DNA of 64,000 nucleotides from assembly GCA_050575255.1 (NCBI GenBank), contig JBNZDD010013727.1, positions 3,644,598-3,708,597 of the forward strand, given 5' to 3'. The notes under the pieces were generated by a model that did no database searches, had not been told where the DNA came from, and saw only the letters and a list, made by a program, of their open reading frames with translations. Source of the DNA: Harriotta raleighana. Its lineage: Eukaryota. Both the position numbers and the translations under genes were made by a program. Every line of letters starts with the position of its first letter. Position 1 is the first letter of the stretch. This document shows, piece by piece, positions 13,476 through 27,841 of this stretch.

Positions 13476-14128
13476 TATAATAATAATCCTTGCGTTTGAT
13501 ATAGCGCTTTTCACATCTTATCGACGTTTCAAAGTGCTTCGCAGAATATACTCTAAAATGAATTGACTATATTTGTGGATGAAATGCGGCAACCAATTGC
13601 ACACAGCAGTGTCCCACAAACAGTCATGGGTTCAAATGACCAATTTTTATCATTGTGTTTTTTTTGGAGAGATTGTTAGGCATGTAGAGTAAGGAAACTT
13701 GCCCAAGGTTTCGCCCTACCTGGATTAGAATACAGGTCTCACGCTTGTACGGTGAATGCTCTAACCCAGTGGTTCCCAACCTTGGGTCCTGACCCAAATC
13801 AGGGTCACGAGGGTCCTCAGTAGGGTTGTGAAGGGTCATCAGAATTTTTTTATTTTGCTTTTAATGTTGAAAATACTAAAAAAAAATGCAACACCGCCGA
13901 CCAATTTGTATAAAGAGAGTACTTACGAGGTGCACTGAGTCCACAAAACAATGGAGATAAGGGCTTCAGTCACAATAACTCCCCTTAGTGGTGGGAGGAT
14001 CGGTTAAAGGTTAAGTTGGGTGGCAACAAAAAAAATTTGGGTCATGAAGACCTGCTGGTGGTTAATTTGGTCCGCAGCAAAAAAACTGTTGGGAACCACT
14101 GCTCTAACCACTGAGCTACTGGAGCTCC
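13476..14128 (-). mobile_element. tRNA-derived SINE interrupted by the hAT MITE
   Basis: Tail aataatccttgcgtttgatatagcg at the left; head ...ctctaaccactgagctactggagctcc at the right. Confidence 0.8.
13767..14101. mobile_element. hAT (Charlie-like) non-autonomous element, 335 bp
   Basis: TIRs cagtggttcccaac / gttgggaaccactg; perfect 8-bp TSD ctctaacc at 13759-13766 and 14102-14109. Confidence 0.92.
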
Positions 14129-17100
14129 TCATTATTCTGTTATCCCTTCCCAACTTCACTTAGAACTGTGGAATTAGCTTTGAAGCAAAAAAAAGTACAT
14201 TGCTCTTTTTAATAGTTACTAATATCCTTTCACTTTGGTTTGCTCTCCAATTAGAGGCAATGCTCACTGTGATCTGACACTTGGAAGCACTCCCCCAAAC
14301 ACCAGTTAGAATGTTTGACCACTGCTAGATCCAACTGGCTTTCTTATTAGATCAATACTCAATTCCTAGTGCAAGGCACACTGTTTATTTTGATGAGACA
14401 GAAATAATTTAGCACAAAGCTGCAACTTTAAAATTGCACTTCCCTCATTATATTTTTCCTAGTTCTATCCATGGGATTGTTTTTAAAAATGACTTGCCTT
14501 CTTTCATAATGGTATTTTATTTAATGTAACAAAATGCCAATTTGGAAAGTGGCATTTGAAAGAGCAGAAAATATAGTTCACAAACATTTCCGATCATTGG
14601 CGCCCATCAAAGTTCGGGCAATTAAAGGGGCTAATTTGCCCTTCGAGTTAAATTGTTTTAAATATAATTCAGAGGATTGAAAATTTAGAACATATTTAAT
14701 ATCTGTGAAGCAATTAGTCATGGAGAATAAAAATAAAGCATGATTTTTATTATGACAATTTTTATATTTTGGCAATTGTAGATGTTTAACTATGATGTCT
14801 ATGCAATTAACATCCAGACTGTAACAAACTTCAGTAAGAAAATAACAATTGTTTACTGAATTAAAGGTCAATAAGTAATCTTAAATAGCAAATATTCAAT
14901 TGGAAATTCAGCAAATATTTTTCTCGCAGTTCCAGTTTACAATACCCCAGTTTCAACCCCAAACTAGGGTATTGCAAACTGGAACTGTGAGAAAAAAACT
15001 GGATTCTGACCAAATATTTTACTACCACATGCCAGAACACAACAATAAATTGTTTTAGCAAATCTTTCCAGACAGTTAACTGCATAGGTAAATCATTTAA
15101 AGGTAATGTACAGTACATAGTTATTGTACTATGGAAATAGAACCATGGTCTATTAGATATAAAATCATATACTTAAACCCCGAGAGAACCATTAGAAACA
15201 ATGCTGAAAAACCACGTGATTTTGACTACTATTAAGACAACTGGCAGTCGTCAATCATCTTCAAATAGCTGGCAATGACAGTACAAAAAGAATAGAATGC
15301 AAAGGAGTTCAATACCTTTCAGCATGTGCTGGAGGTCAATATAATGGAAGCTGACAATGTGATATTTTAACAAAACCTGACAGTCTAATACTTAAACAGA
15401 ACCAACACATATTATGATTGATAAACTAGTGTTTGGAGCAACATAAGTGAAGAACAACATCATTTGATTTGATGTGCATATGGAGTATACAAATAATGCC
15501 TTCAAGGAAGCAGTGGTAGATTTTCCCATACATTTCTTGAAAGAAACGCAGCATTTCAAAAATCTGTAATTGCACTTAACATTTTGTCCTCTGAATTTTG
15601 TTACTTCACTTGTTGTGGAAAAATGCCTGGCTTCCAATCAGGACTGCCTCTCTTCTGAACAGCAATTTATTGCAGTTTCTTTACAGTTGTCCTCTCCATT
15701 TGGTCATTTCTAACTTCAGCCCATCAGATCTGCTCTAAAGTTCAAAGCATCTTTTTAAAATCCTGAACTTTAGGTGCTTCCCAAGTTCTTACATCACTTT
15801 CAAACCTTCAATTGATTCTACATCTACAGGCTTCTTGTGCAGTGAATTTCAATTTCACAACATTTTCTTTGAGTGAAACATTTTTGAAGTGACTTAACCT
15901 GCCTCAGCTCTAACCTCAACTCTATTAATTTGACAGTTTATCCATCTTTTTTTAATATCATACATAACCTCATTTTATCTGCAGGATTATTCTGGTGAAT
16001 TATTATTTGAATAAAAAGTGGCCTCGCCATGGATATGAATCTAAGAATACATAACAGCCATCTCAAAAAACAGAAGATTCATCCGCATAGAGACAAATAG
16101 AAGCCTACTTAAACTTAAATTTTCCTGGAGGATTTGGCACATAAGAAACTTGAGCAACCATCTGATCAACCTTGATTAAAGTTATGTGTAAAGGAATTAC
16201 TAAATTGAAAACATTAATTCAAAAGCTATGAAAAGATAATGTAGGTTGAAATTTTCCTTCATCCCATGCTGTTTTTTTTACATTTTATTTTAGAACTATA
16301 CAAGAAATCTTTATTGTATTCTTCTGTGGCTCTGGCATCAATTTCAAGACAAAAGGCTTGGGTCTTTAATTCAAATCTAACAGATTTCCTTGCCTTCTGT
16401 GTCTGTCAATATTTTTGATTGATCGTCATCAAGACAAATCACAAGCATGTTTTATTTCAATTGGGGTCTATAAAGCATTCCATCACAGTTTGAAATCCAG
16501 CTTTTCGGGAAGCTCTTTTCAGACAGGTTCAAGTGAATTATTTAATATTTATAATATTCTTTTTGGAGGTGGGTGGTGGGATGGCATTTAGCAGTGGTGA
16601 CTTTACAGACTGCTACACCCAGCAGCTACAATATTACTATCTGTGATTCACACATATTGTAATCATATTGAATGCCTTAAAGCATAAAAATATTTGGAAA
16701 TAACTTTATTATCTTCATATAAGTCAGTTTCTCATCCTGTCCCCTATAGGATACTATAACGCTTTCAGATGTTAGTTCCACTAGACTGCTAGATTTGTTT
16801 GAGTTTGTTATGTTTTATCCCCAGTTTTTTAGAATTGATTTCTTTATAGCCACTTGCTTCTAAATATTTCTCAAACAAATTGCATGTATTGTAGATAGAG
16901 TAATGGGTGCTATCTTAAGAATTCAGATGATAATAATAAACCATAACCTTGAAATAGTGATTCGTCTTGATGAACTTGATATAGTGCCTTTCATATCAGA
17001 AGGGTGCTTCAGAGAATTCATAGTAAAGCATAGCGGGTGCATTTTATAGGTAAATGCATCAGCTAATTTGCAATCCGCAATGATGCAATTACAGAGTCTC

Positions 17101-20100
17101 AAATGCAGCACAGACCCTCCAATGCAGCACCCTCACAGCTCTACATTGCAATGTTTCAGCAATAACTATGTATATTTACTATAAGTAATAATCTGTATCT
17201 GATTTACTATTGCTAACCTATAACAAGATAATTGTAAAAATAAGTGCTCATATATAGAAGTCTTAAATAAAATATAACATGATAAAAGTTTGCAAAAAAA
17301 ATCTTTCGGAAATAAGAAACTCTAACATATTTACACAGTTTTGTATTTTAGCATAAAATACTATACAAGTTTATTCAATGACAAAATTGGTTACTCATTT
17401 CATATGACTACTATTAGAGGAATAAAATGGCATCTATTGCTTACCCCTACTAGATAATCAGGCCTCCAGCCTTTCTGCCCGCACCCTTTGGAATTCCATC
17501 CCACATGCCCTTTGACTCACTCCTTCCCTTGATTCCTTCAAGGCACGTCTCAAGACACTCCTATTGGCCATGGTTTCAGGCAGCCTCCTGCCCTCCACCC
17601 CTCCATGTTCCTAACACCCTGCTCACGTCCAAATCAGTGACTGTTCAGCATCTTGGGAAGTTCGTCTGATGTGAAAGACGCTACACCAATGTAGTTTGGT
17701 ATTGCATTGTAATTGCAATGTGACTATAATTGTTTTACATGTTGCACCTAGTTTTATTTACATTACTTTATTCAGTTAGAAAGAGTGGTATCATCAATGC
17801 TCCATTGTGAATGTGATAAACTAATTTTTCACAAATTCTATTTAATTCGTGCACAAACTCATATTCCCATAGCTTCAGAGAGAATATTAACTTAATTATC
17901 ATGGACCCTTCCTTTATTTGTCTGGTATGAATCATATTTATTCATTGCAACATTTCAACATCACATATCTAAATGAACAGTAAAGTTTTTTGTTCAATTT
18001 AATAAAATTAAGGTTTGAGCAAAGGCATGCCTAATTTATGCAACCAATACATATATATATATATATAAGAAAAAAAGGTAGTTAGTGAGCTGTCCTTAAT
18101 TAAACTGGAGAATCTATGTACTTTTATATTGGGGGGAGAGAGTAGCGACCGTTCAACAGAGAGAGTTGAAATGACTTGATCTCCACAGTAAAAATGCAAC
18201 ATAACTCCTTGAAAAAGAAAACTATGCTGATAAATGGTGGCGATAACAACAATGTCACCACGGTGAAAGGTAGAATAATGTATCAAGTTTATACAGAGGA
18301 GCGTTCAGTAATCCAACTGATGATTACATTTGGTCTTATGTAACAAATTATTTTTGTTTTGTAAAATGTAAATTGCAGCAGGCAGGCTGTTCCAAGTAGA
18401 AAATGAAAATCCCCAGTACGCCAGTATGATCTCTTTAAAGTTGTGGTTATAAGATCTTCAATCAATAACTTAATCTTGTGCAGTAGGACTGAAGTGTTAT
18501 GTTATGATTTCTTCAACAAATATGTAGCCAGATAGGAACCATGCTGTGAACTGTGGAATGGATGTTGTGTGCATATTCCTCAGAGAGGTAAAAGCAGAAA
18601 TATTTATAGAGGAACAGACAGCCTCTCATTTGTAAATTATCAAAAGCTTTCTTTCATAATTCTTTCATGCTTTGTGTTTTGCTTGACTGTAAAACTTCAA
18701 TTTGCTCTGCCAAAATTACAAAATCTTCTCTTTTCCTTATTAATGCATATTTATCCTGGGTTTTGTTTTGTTGAAAGTTTTCTTGGTTTCCAATTGTTTC
18801 AAGATTAAAATGTATATATGAATCAAAATAAATTGAGGGATATTTGTAACTGCAGATTCCTTTTGTGTTTATTAACAAATGCACTCATTATACTTAAAAT
18901 AAATGGTTCAATGTGATAAAGAATTGTATCAAATGCTACAAATATTTTTATTATAATAATGGTCACACTATACCTCCCAAGTTGTATTGTATCTCTCTCA
19001 TTAGAACCAGTAGTTATAATTCCAGGGGTTCAACTAGATTTAGTTCTTGTGTGTCATCAATTTATTTTACTCCCCTTTAAGCTGAGTTACTAAACATGTT
19101 GTCTCTTGTTGCATGTTAACTGTCTGAAATGGGCATAGTGGATTCCTCCCCTGATTAAGTGAGGAAATTAAAAATCAGTAATAGACCCAGTGGAGATTGG
19201 ATTGTAAAACAAGTTTGAGATCCAACTCTACAATGTTTTTTTCTTCCCTTGTACCGAATGGAATTGGTGTTAATATTTCACCTATGAAGCACTTTCTGCA
19301 TTTCACAGTTATACAAATAACAGATCAGCTGATTCAATCAATTCATGCAATCTGTTTTTCTTTTTTCGACCATTTAGTCACACCACTCACTGAAATATAC
19401 TGAGGACTACGGGCAGGTGGAAGTGCTGTACTGTCCAAGTGCAGAATCATTTTCAGAGACTCCCAGTCTTTCTGTGACTAAATAACATTTCCATCTTTAT
19501 AGTGTCTGTAATGTTACCTGACTCCTCCACAGCAATTGCTATTATGTATAGTGAAAGTTCCAGAAACAGCCCTGAGGTGGATGTACAAGTAACTTATTGG
19601 TTTGTTGGCTGGGATATTGAGCAAAACTCCCATAGATTTCAGGATACTGTTGTGGGATATTTAACAATCTGCTTGGTGGGGATGGGGAGGAGACTTGTAT
19701 CCCATCTCATGAAGGTGAAATTGTCTGATCTCCAGTGAGTGATGTGTTTTGGAGGCTTGGGGGTTATTCCCAAACAAACTGCTGGCAATTTTGTACCTCT
19801 ATGTCTCTGGGTAAATCTCAGGGAGCTGCTTCCTATGTGCTTGGTTTTTTGACTATCCAATATTTAGAAGATTCGAATGTCAAGCTTTTTTCTTTACAAA
19901 AATATATCAAGCCTTGTAGCGTCAATAAAATGGAACACATTAACTCATCTCTGTTAGGCTTCAGCAATTTAATTAACTTTTAATTTTACTCCAGATATTT
20001 CTGCTTAAATATATTCAATTAATTTAATGTGATCAATATTATTTTTGATTAGCAACCCCTGTCATTGAACTTACCAGTCTTACCAGTGTCACCAGCACTG

Positions 20101-20913
20101 CACCACCAATGCCAGGCTACAGTGGACAGAAAATGGTTATGGGGGAGGCCTCACTAACTCATCAAATTGTACTCTGGTCTTCAGGAAAATCACAGGAGCT
20201 TTGTGTGTGTGTGAGACCGGGAACTCAAGTGGGATTTTCCAGTTCAAACTTATTTCCTGTCTCATTCTCCTCACATTGGCACATCAACAGAGTTTTAAAC
20301 ATGCATGCTGATTTCATTCTTTGCATTTCATTTGGGCTGTTTTTAAATATATAAATACATCTGGCTTCTCCAAGATCTTGTTGTTCTCTCTGGGCAATGC
20401 ATTGACTCCGACTGAGTAGATGAATAGCCAGTGGCCTGCTCCTAGGCTTCTGCTTTGAGCTGGCTGCTCAGAGCTGGTTGACAGCAGCCTAGATATGGCT
20501 CTGACTTCAATTTGCCCCTTCTCCTACAGGGAGCCTCCTGGCTTTCATTCAGTCACAGGGTAGGTCAACAGAGATCAGAAACTCAGTGTAGCAGAAGAAT
20601 CATATTTTTGTTAAATGTGCAGTGAACTAGAGGTGATGGGATTTTTTTTTAACCTTTGTATAGAAAAGTAGAAGACAGACAACATGATAATTCACTGCAT
20701 TGTTTAATTGGAGGAAAAGCAGCAACTAGCTCACTGCTGTCTTAATTCCAGAAGCTTGATATCAGAAGCCAGTTAACAGTCCCAGCCATCTAGTTCTAAG
20801 GTATTAATTGGCCTCTTTAATCTTAAGACTTACATATACACCACCAATGGATCATTTTATCTGTACAACATTGCAAAAAAAAGATTTAAGCACACATACA
20901 TGTTGCTGCATGC

Positions 20914-20919
20914 TTTATT
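20914..20919 (-). terminator. Candidate CNMD distal poly(A) signal (a second AATAAA lies at 21184-21189)
   Basis: tttatt on + = AATAAA on -, about 310 nt past the stop, followed on - by GT-rich sequence (tgtatgtgtg). Confidence 0.55.
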
Positions 20920-21229
20920 TCACAATTACAAAAATCTGTACAATTTTCTAAACAAGATGAATCATCTCATGCAATTATACTTTTGCTTGATATGGTCTAG
21001 CTTTGCACTTTTTTTTAATAGTTTGTAACACTTAAACTCAATTAATAATACATCTCACGGTAACATTTTGTCATTAGTATGAGGTTATAAAGGCATTTTG
21101 ATTTGGATCACTATCTGAAAACGTCTTTCGGCACTAACCATTGTTAAATTTATAGCCAACAATTATTTGCCACTGGGCTGCACTTTATTTCAACACAACA
21201 ATCTGTCAATGAAGGGCTTCTGCAGCAGG

Positions 21230-21508
<279 letters not shown>

Positions 21509-24500
21509 TTATCTAATTCGTATGGAAAGCAAAGTCCCTCTTTTTGAGCAAAAATCTGCTACCCTCGTCATTTTAACTCTGACCAGTTTAGTGATCTGTG
21601 CTGAGATTGACAATAATTTTCTTTCTGTAACAAGTCTGTCTTTCCTATGTTGCAGCAAAATAAACAATCAGTGCACAGTTCCTGGCAAACAGTGACTGTT
21701 ATGACCATCCATGTGCTACAAGGTTAATAGGATTTAGTGTACTGCCACTGAAGCATATCATACGTGTCAAACATATCAAACGTGCATTCAGACGAAATTA
21801 CCATGACATTTTAAAGGAGTAATACATTGTTAAAATGCCTAACTAAGGCCTTTTTAATTAAAGGAATTATTTTCATTAGCAATTTCACACAGCTGGTTCC
21901 ATTTTTTCAACCTCTTTATAAATCATAAATTCCTCCTGGTCTCCATAGGACTCCCAGCTGAAAGGGCAGTCAACCAACCTACTGCACAGCCTCTGAGAAT
22001 GCTGCTCAAAGCTCATGATGAGAAGGTGTTTGAGAGCAGACTAAACAACTACATTATGTGATTTTACCAGGAGAAAGTGCTCAGATTTTTCTGGAAGCCT
22101 TCCACAGCAGCGCATTGAGTCTCGGAACTTAGTACATTAAGGAAATTGATTTTGTAGATTATTTATGCATCTCTTGCCCAGCCTAAATCAAACAAATACA
22201 GTTCATAAGGCAGAATGCTGAACTAAATATATAGTAGGTTGAGTCTCAATTAAAAAATGGGAATCCAGATATTGTAAATGGAGATTTGATAAATCAAATA
22301 ACATTTTAAGCACTGAATAAATTTAATGCTGTCAAATCGTTGGTATTTCTCGCTTCCAGCCCCTAATTTGTGCAGGAATTCTGTAGGGAATCCTGGTAAG
22401 AAATATCACAAATCATACCTTAATATGGCAAACCCAAAGTTATATTGGTTGATTTCCAAATGAGATGCAGTTTTGACCTTCCCTGATTTTCTGTTGAATT
22501 CAACTGTTTTGGGTCTGGTACTGTATTTTGTATATGATTTGTTTGTGGCAAATGCGTTTCAAAATTAACTGCTACATAAAATGAAGTGTTATTATAATTG
22601 TTAAACTGTTGTTGTATCCTTATTTATAAAGGAATTGTTGAAATAGTGTTTGATAAATTTCATAGATCCAGCAATCTATTGTGTTGAATTAAAAATGTTA
22701 ACAAAATGCTAGACAGAGACCTTTCTTAATTAATTTAAAAAACATTCTTCATACCCACATGAAACAATTATTCAAATTTTTGGAAAAATTAATTCCATTC
22801 TGATTTTCTTCCCATGCCTTCTAAAAAATGTGTAGTTCTAGGCTACCTCTGGGATCTCCCCAGTCATGATTTTTCATGTATGAGTTTGATAGTGATAGGA
22901 AGCATTACATTGAGCCCATTAAGTCCTCATTCTAATATCTGAAGCACAGTTGTTTTCGTGCAGAGCCTCTTGATAGTGATAAGTAGCTTTCACCCTCATG
23001 GGTCTGTGAATGCTGATGCCAATAGTAATGCACTTTCCCTTACTAATTATGGCAACATTAAATGTTTATGAATGTTATGAAAATACAGGTTGTGCATATA
23101 ATGATTTTTATCTCACTGTCTCTCATGCAATTTTATTAAAATTAGCATTTGAACAACAGCAACAAATTATATTTATATAGTATCTTTCGTTTCTGAAGGG
23201 CATCCCCTTTTCTGCATTAAGACATTTAAAGGCTGTTCGAAGAAGAAATCCTTCAATTCAATGCTAGAGGGAGTGTAGTATGGATACTAGTCGCTTAATT
23301 CTTTATTTTCTCAACACTGCATTGAAAGCTGTAATGCCCATTCTGCTAGCTTCAGAATGTAACGATTTATAATGCTGCATGCAGAGGCTGCTTTTATTGT
23401 GTTGCTCTCAAAAGATGTTATTGAAAAGTTTATGAAAAGGCATAATCTCTGGTGGCTCTTTATGTCCTCCTCCTACTGAGATCAAGACTGCATTCCATTC
23501 AACTGCATATTTGAATCAATGACTGCACCAACCAAGCTAACAGGACCATTATTAGCTGTTCATGAAAAACATCCAAAATGTCAAGGTGAACAAAGCTGAA
23601 GGACATCTGAAGTCAATTGTGTAAGCTAATTTTTTCATAGCCTTAAATATTCCTTTGTGTTCATGCAAGTAATTTTTTGAATTGGCAATATCAGATTGTG
23701 AAAAGCTGTATAAGCCAATTGAAGCTTTGACCTTCGGGCTTTATTAGAGAAAGAAAGCTCATCAAACTTCAGGAATAATATTGCTTCCATCAGTAAAAGC
23801 ACTTCCTATCCATTTCTAACTTGAAAACAAGACTTTTTGTTGTTTTGCTTCCAGCTTTAATTGTCCTTTATACAAAATGGGAGCAACTTTTCTTTGCCAT
23901 TTTATTGGCAAGGCAAATAGTTCCAACTGCTAAAACTCATTGCATTTAAGATCTTAAAGTTGGCTTTAATGAGAGGATTCAAAAATACTCCTAGAATGTG
24001 TTCTAAAACAATGTGCCATCTAGTCTTTTGTATTTATGGAAATTTGCAAACTATAAAATGACTTAATAACAATATATACATTGTTTCAATCTTTTACACA
24101 AAATCTTATTTGCCATAATGAATCCCTTTGTCTGAGACAATAAAATCCTATTTAATTATGAAATTCTTCTTCTCTATTCTGATTCTGAGGCATGTGAACA
24201 CAGTGGAGGGTTGATATATATGAATGTTGAAATTGCCACTGTAGATGTTTCTGAAAATAAATGATATCAGTGAAATACAAAGGTTGTTCATATTAGATTT
24301 GGGATTAATTTTTCAAATGACGCTGGTGCTGTAGACAATGTAAGGATTTCAGATATCATCCTGTGTCGTAGATCATTAAATTTAACACTGGCATTTGTGT
24401 GAATAAGGGAGAAATTCTCCAAACATCAGTAAATTTACTGATCTTGGTGAGCCCAGACATCTGATTCTCTGGTGATCAGTACATTGTGTGACCTTCACTA

Positions 24501-24819
24501 TGTGAATTTATAATGCCAAAATTACATCATAATCTTAAACCAGTAAAGCTAGTAAAATACTAACAACTCAGAGACGAACCCTATAAGAATCCTGCAACCT
24601 TTGCTTTGTACCTTGCAATAGTTAAAATTATTGTGGTTTTATACAAAGCTTGTCTTAGTAGATTGATTTGGTCTGTTTTTTTCTTAAAATTTATGATTTT
24701 ATCCACTATTGCATTTCTCCACCACGTTTTTATCTCCTCTCCTGAAGGTACTGACTTTTTGACGCTGGGTCAATCTCAAAACTGAGATCGATAGATATTT
24801 GTTTGGTAAAGGTGTCAAT

Positions 24820-25290
24820 TCTTGCATTTGATATACCACCTAACATGAAAGGCGCTCTATAAATGTAATTTTGTTGTTGTTGTTATTATGTTGTCAAGGT
24901 GTCTCAATGGACTTCTTTACAGGATATTACTATAAAGTGGATAGACTGTGTATTTTGTGAGCGAAGCGTGGAAGCCAGTTTATGTACAGTAAAGCTCTAC
25001 AAACAGCCTTGGAATTTTTAACAAATTTATTTTTAATTTGGCGGCGACTGGGGAAAACTCGCTTTTCTTTTCAAATAGTGCCATGGAATTTTTAACATCT
25101 ACTTGAACAGGCAGACGGGAACTCAGCTTAGCATCTCATCTGAAGGACAGTACCTCCGACAAATGCAACATAACCCCCAACATTGCATCGGAATGTCACC
25201 TAATATTATGTGATTCCAAGTCCCAATATGGGGACTGAACTCACAACCTTCTGACTCAAAGATGAGAGTGCTACCTCTGAGCCAAGCTGC
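24820..25290 (-). mobile_element. Deu-like SINE
   Basis: acaaccttctgactcaaagatgagagtgctacctctgagccaagctgc head; catctcatctgaaggacagtacctc core. Confidence 0.72.
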
Positions 25291-27129
25291 AAAATGATGG
25301 ATTTTACAAGATCTAATGGAATGATAGAACAAGTTTGAGGGGCTGAGTGGGCTACCTCTGTTCCTATGTGATCAAATTCAATGAAAACCAGTTGTTCTCA
25401 AGCACCTTACACAAATATCCATTTGTATTCAGTGAGGTTTAATGATGAATAGTGATAAGCTATTTGACTTCATGGGTTATCACAGCCGGGCCCTTTCTGT
25501 TCTCCTCTGTTGCCTCCAAAATAAACCTTCTAGAAATTGTGATTCTAAGCACAAACTCAGGCTGATTTTCCCCTCTTTGACTCATGGGAGTGGAAGTCAC
25601 CGAGGTCAATATAGTGTTGGTATCGCTAACTCACCAAACATCCAGGATTCAAACATTCTGATTTGTGTGACAAAGTGCTACAACCACTTGTGGTGTATGA
25701 AACCCATAATCTAATTGGAGGATGATCTCACCAATATTAATAATGTATAGTTATTTTTAGATACTCATTGAACGGCAAGTGATAGGATTCAGGTTACTCC
25801 TGTTTTTCCTAATCAGAAATGTTCTTCAGTTGTCTTCAACGTCAAAAATCCATGTGCTACATAACATTTATGGATATCAGCAGCGATTTTGAGTTGATTG
25901 TCTGTCACTTGTACAAATCTCTATCCCTCTCTGAGTGAAATTTGGTATTTTCAATTTCAATGATAATTTCTGTTTCTTTCTACTATTTACTCTGTCATTC
26001 TGAAGTGCGTTGCATTAGTGAGTGACAAAAAAAAACATTATAACAGATTGTAAACAGCATGTTCTGAGCTCTTGTTTTCCATCGGGCTTTTGAATTGTTT
26101 TGTCATTCAGTTCCTCTTGTGATATTTCCTTTGTTCCTTTTCTCTTTTGCTTCAGTAGTTTTTGTTCTGTGATGTTCTGTAAGCTCTTTGGTGATTTAAG
26201 AAATTCTCTACTTCCACAAAACACAGACTGATGCTAAGGGAATACTAATAGTCTTTTTTTTGTTTCTAATACTTTGAAAGATTGACTCGTTTATAATTGG
26301 CTCCTATGCCTATTTTTCCTTCTGTTACACTCATGGGGAATTTTCTAATGATTTAGTTTAGTTCGTTGGGGCAGATGTTATTTCTCTTCTTCCTTCAGGA
26401 CGTTGGTCATTAAATTTTTCAGCAGAAATGCATTATTCTATGTTTTCCTCTGAGTGTTTATTTCTATAAAGCAAGGCATCGCTGTTCTCATTTGTAAACA
26501 TTTGATGCTTTCTTGCCTTGACAGGTGGATATTTGATTACCATTTCATCATTATCATCTTCACAGTTATCCTTGCAGAGAAGGTCTTGCAGATTTTCTAT
26601 ATTTATGCATTATAGATCAGATTCAGGTAACTCATTGGCAAATATGCACATTAGTGTGTCTATCAAAATCATTAGTTTTCTTGTGGTGTGGAGGAGAATA
26701 TAGGTTAGCTCTCATTATAATGATTTTAGTTATTTATAGTTTTCTGATCAGTAGCAAGCACTGGTTGCCTTGTCTTTGCAGACAGAATAGAAGTAACATG
26801 CTGATGCTTTGAAAATATAAAGGACCATTCATGTTAGTAAAACCTAATATCTCCAGTTTTAATCCTTTGCAGCATTTAGTAAACTACTGTTGTTCCATGA
26901 TACTGTACATTGATAATCAAAATGTACAAATACATTGCATCATTCGATTTAAACAACCTATTAAAATGATTTTGGGTGATTTCGATTTGTTTAATTGGAT
27001 ATTTGTCTTTCAGACCAGTGGGAATTAAAATGTACTAAGCTTGTGCAAAAAACATCCTGAAGATGCAATTCAGTGAGAGCCAGCAATATTGTCTGAGTTG
27101 TAAATTGATTCAAATAAGAAAAATTCAAA

Positions 27130-27418
27130 GTAATAATAACATTAATAACCCTTGCATTTGACATTTCACATATTCTAGACATCTCAAAGTGCCTCACAGT
27201 ATATACTGTAATGTGAATTGGCTGTTTATTTGTGGGCGAAATGTGACAGTCAATTGTGCACAGCAGTATCCCACAAACAGTGATGGATTGAAATGACCAT
27301 TTTCTTTTTTTCGTGGGTTTATTGGGTGTGTGCAGTGAAGATACTTGCCCAAGGTTTTGCCCTGGCCGGGGCTCTTGCTTCCAAGGCGAGTGCTCTAACC
27401 ACTGAGTTACAGACCTCC
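27130..27418 (-). mobile_element. tRNA-derived SINE
   Basis: ggcgagtgctctaaccactgagttacagacctcc head plus family tail; explains ORF 26991..27443. Confidence 0.8.
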
Positions 27419-27841
27419 ACACAAAGTATCTAGCAAATCTCATCCAACATGCTTTGGTTTATAATCCTACAATATATAATCTGCTGAATTCCAACCATCT
27501 GAGAATTTCGGCTATCACACTAACGGAGCAAAGTAATACATTTTGTGCTTCTTTCTCAATTGTGAAAGATGTGTGATACTCATAATTTCTGTCAGATGTG
27601 TCTGACAGAAATGAAACTCTATAGGGATGAATTGGAAGTGTTCCAGCCTTCCAATTTTATTAATAATTATGTTCTTACAATATTTCAAAAATGTAATTAA
27701 TCTAAGCAGCATCATGACGTACAACTAAAATTAAACTTGAAATCAATTATTTGACATGAATGTTAAATTTCGCACAGGTTCCACTTCTTTACGAAAATTA
27801 TATAAACTTACTAAATGGCTATATGATGAACTCATACTCAC

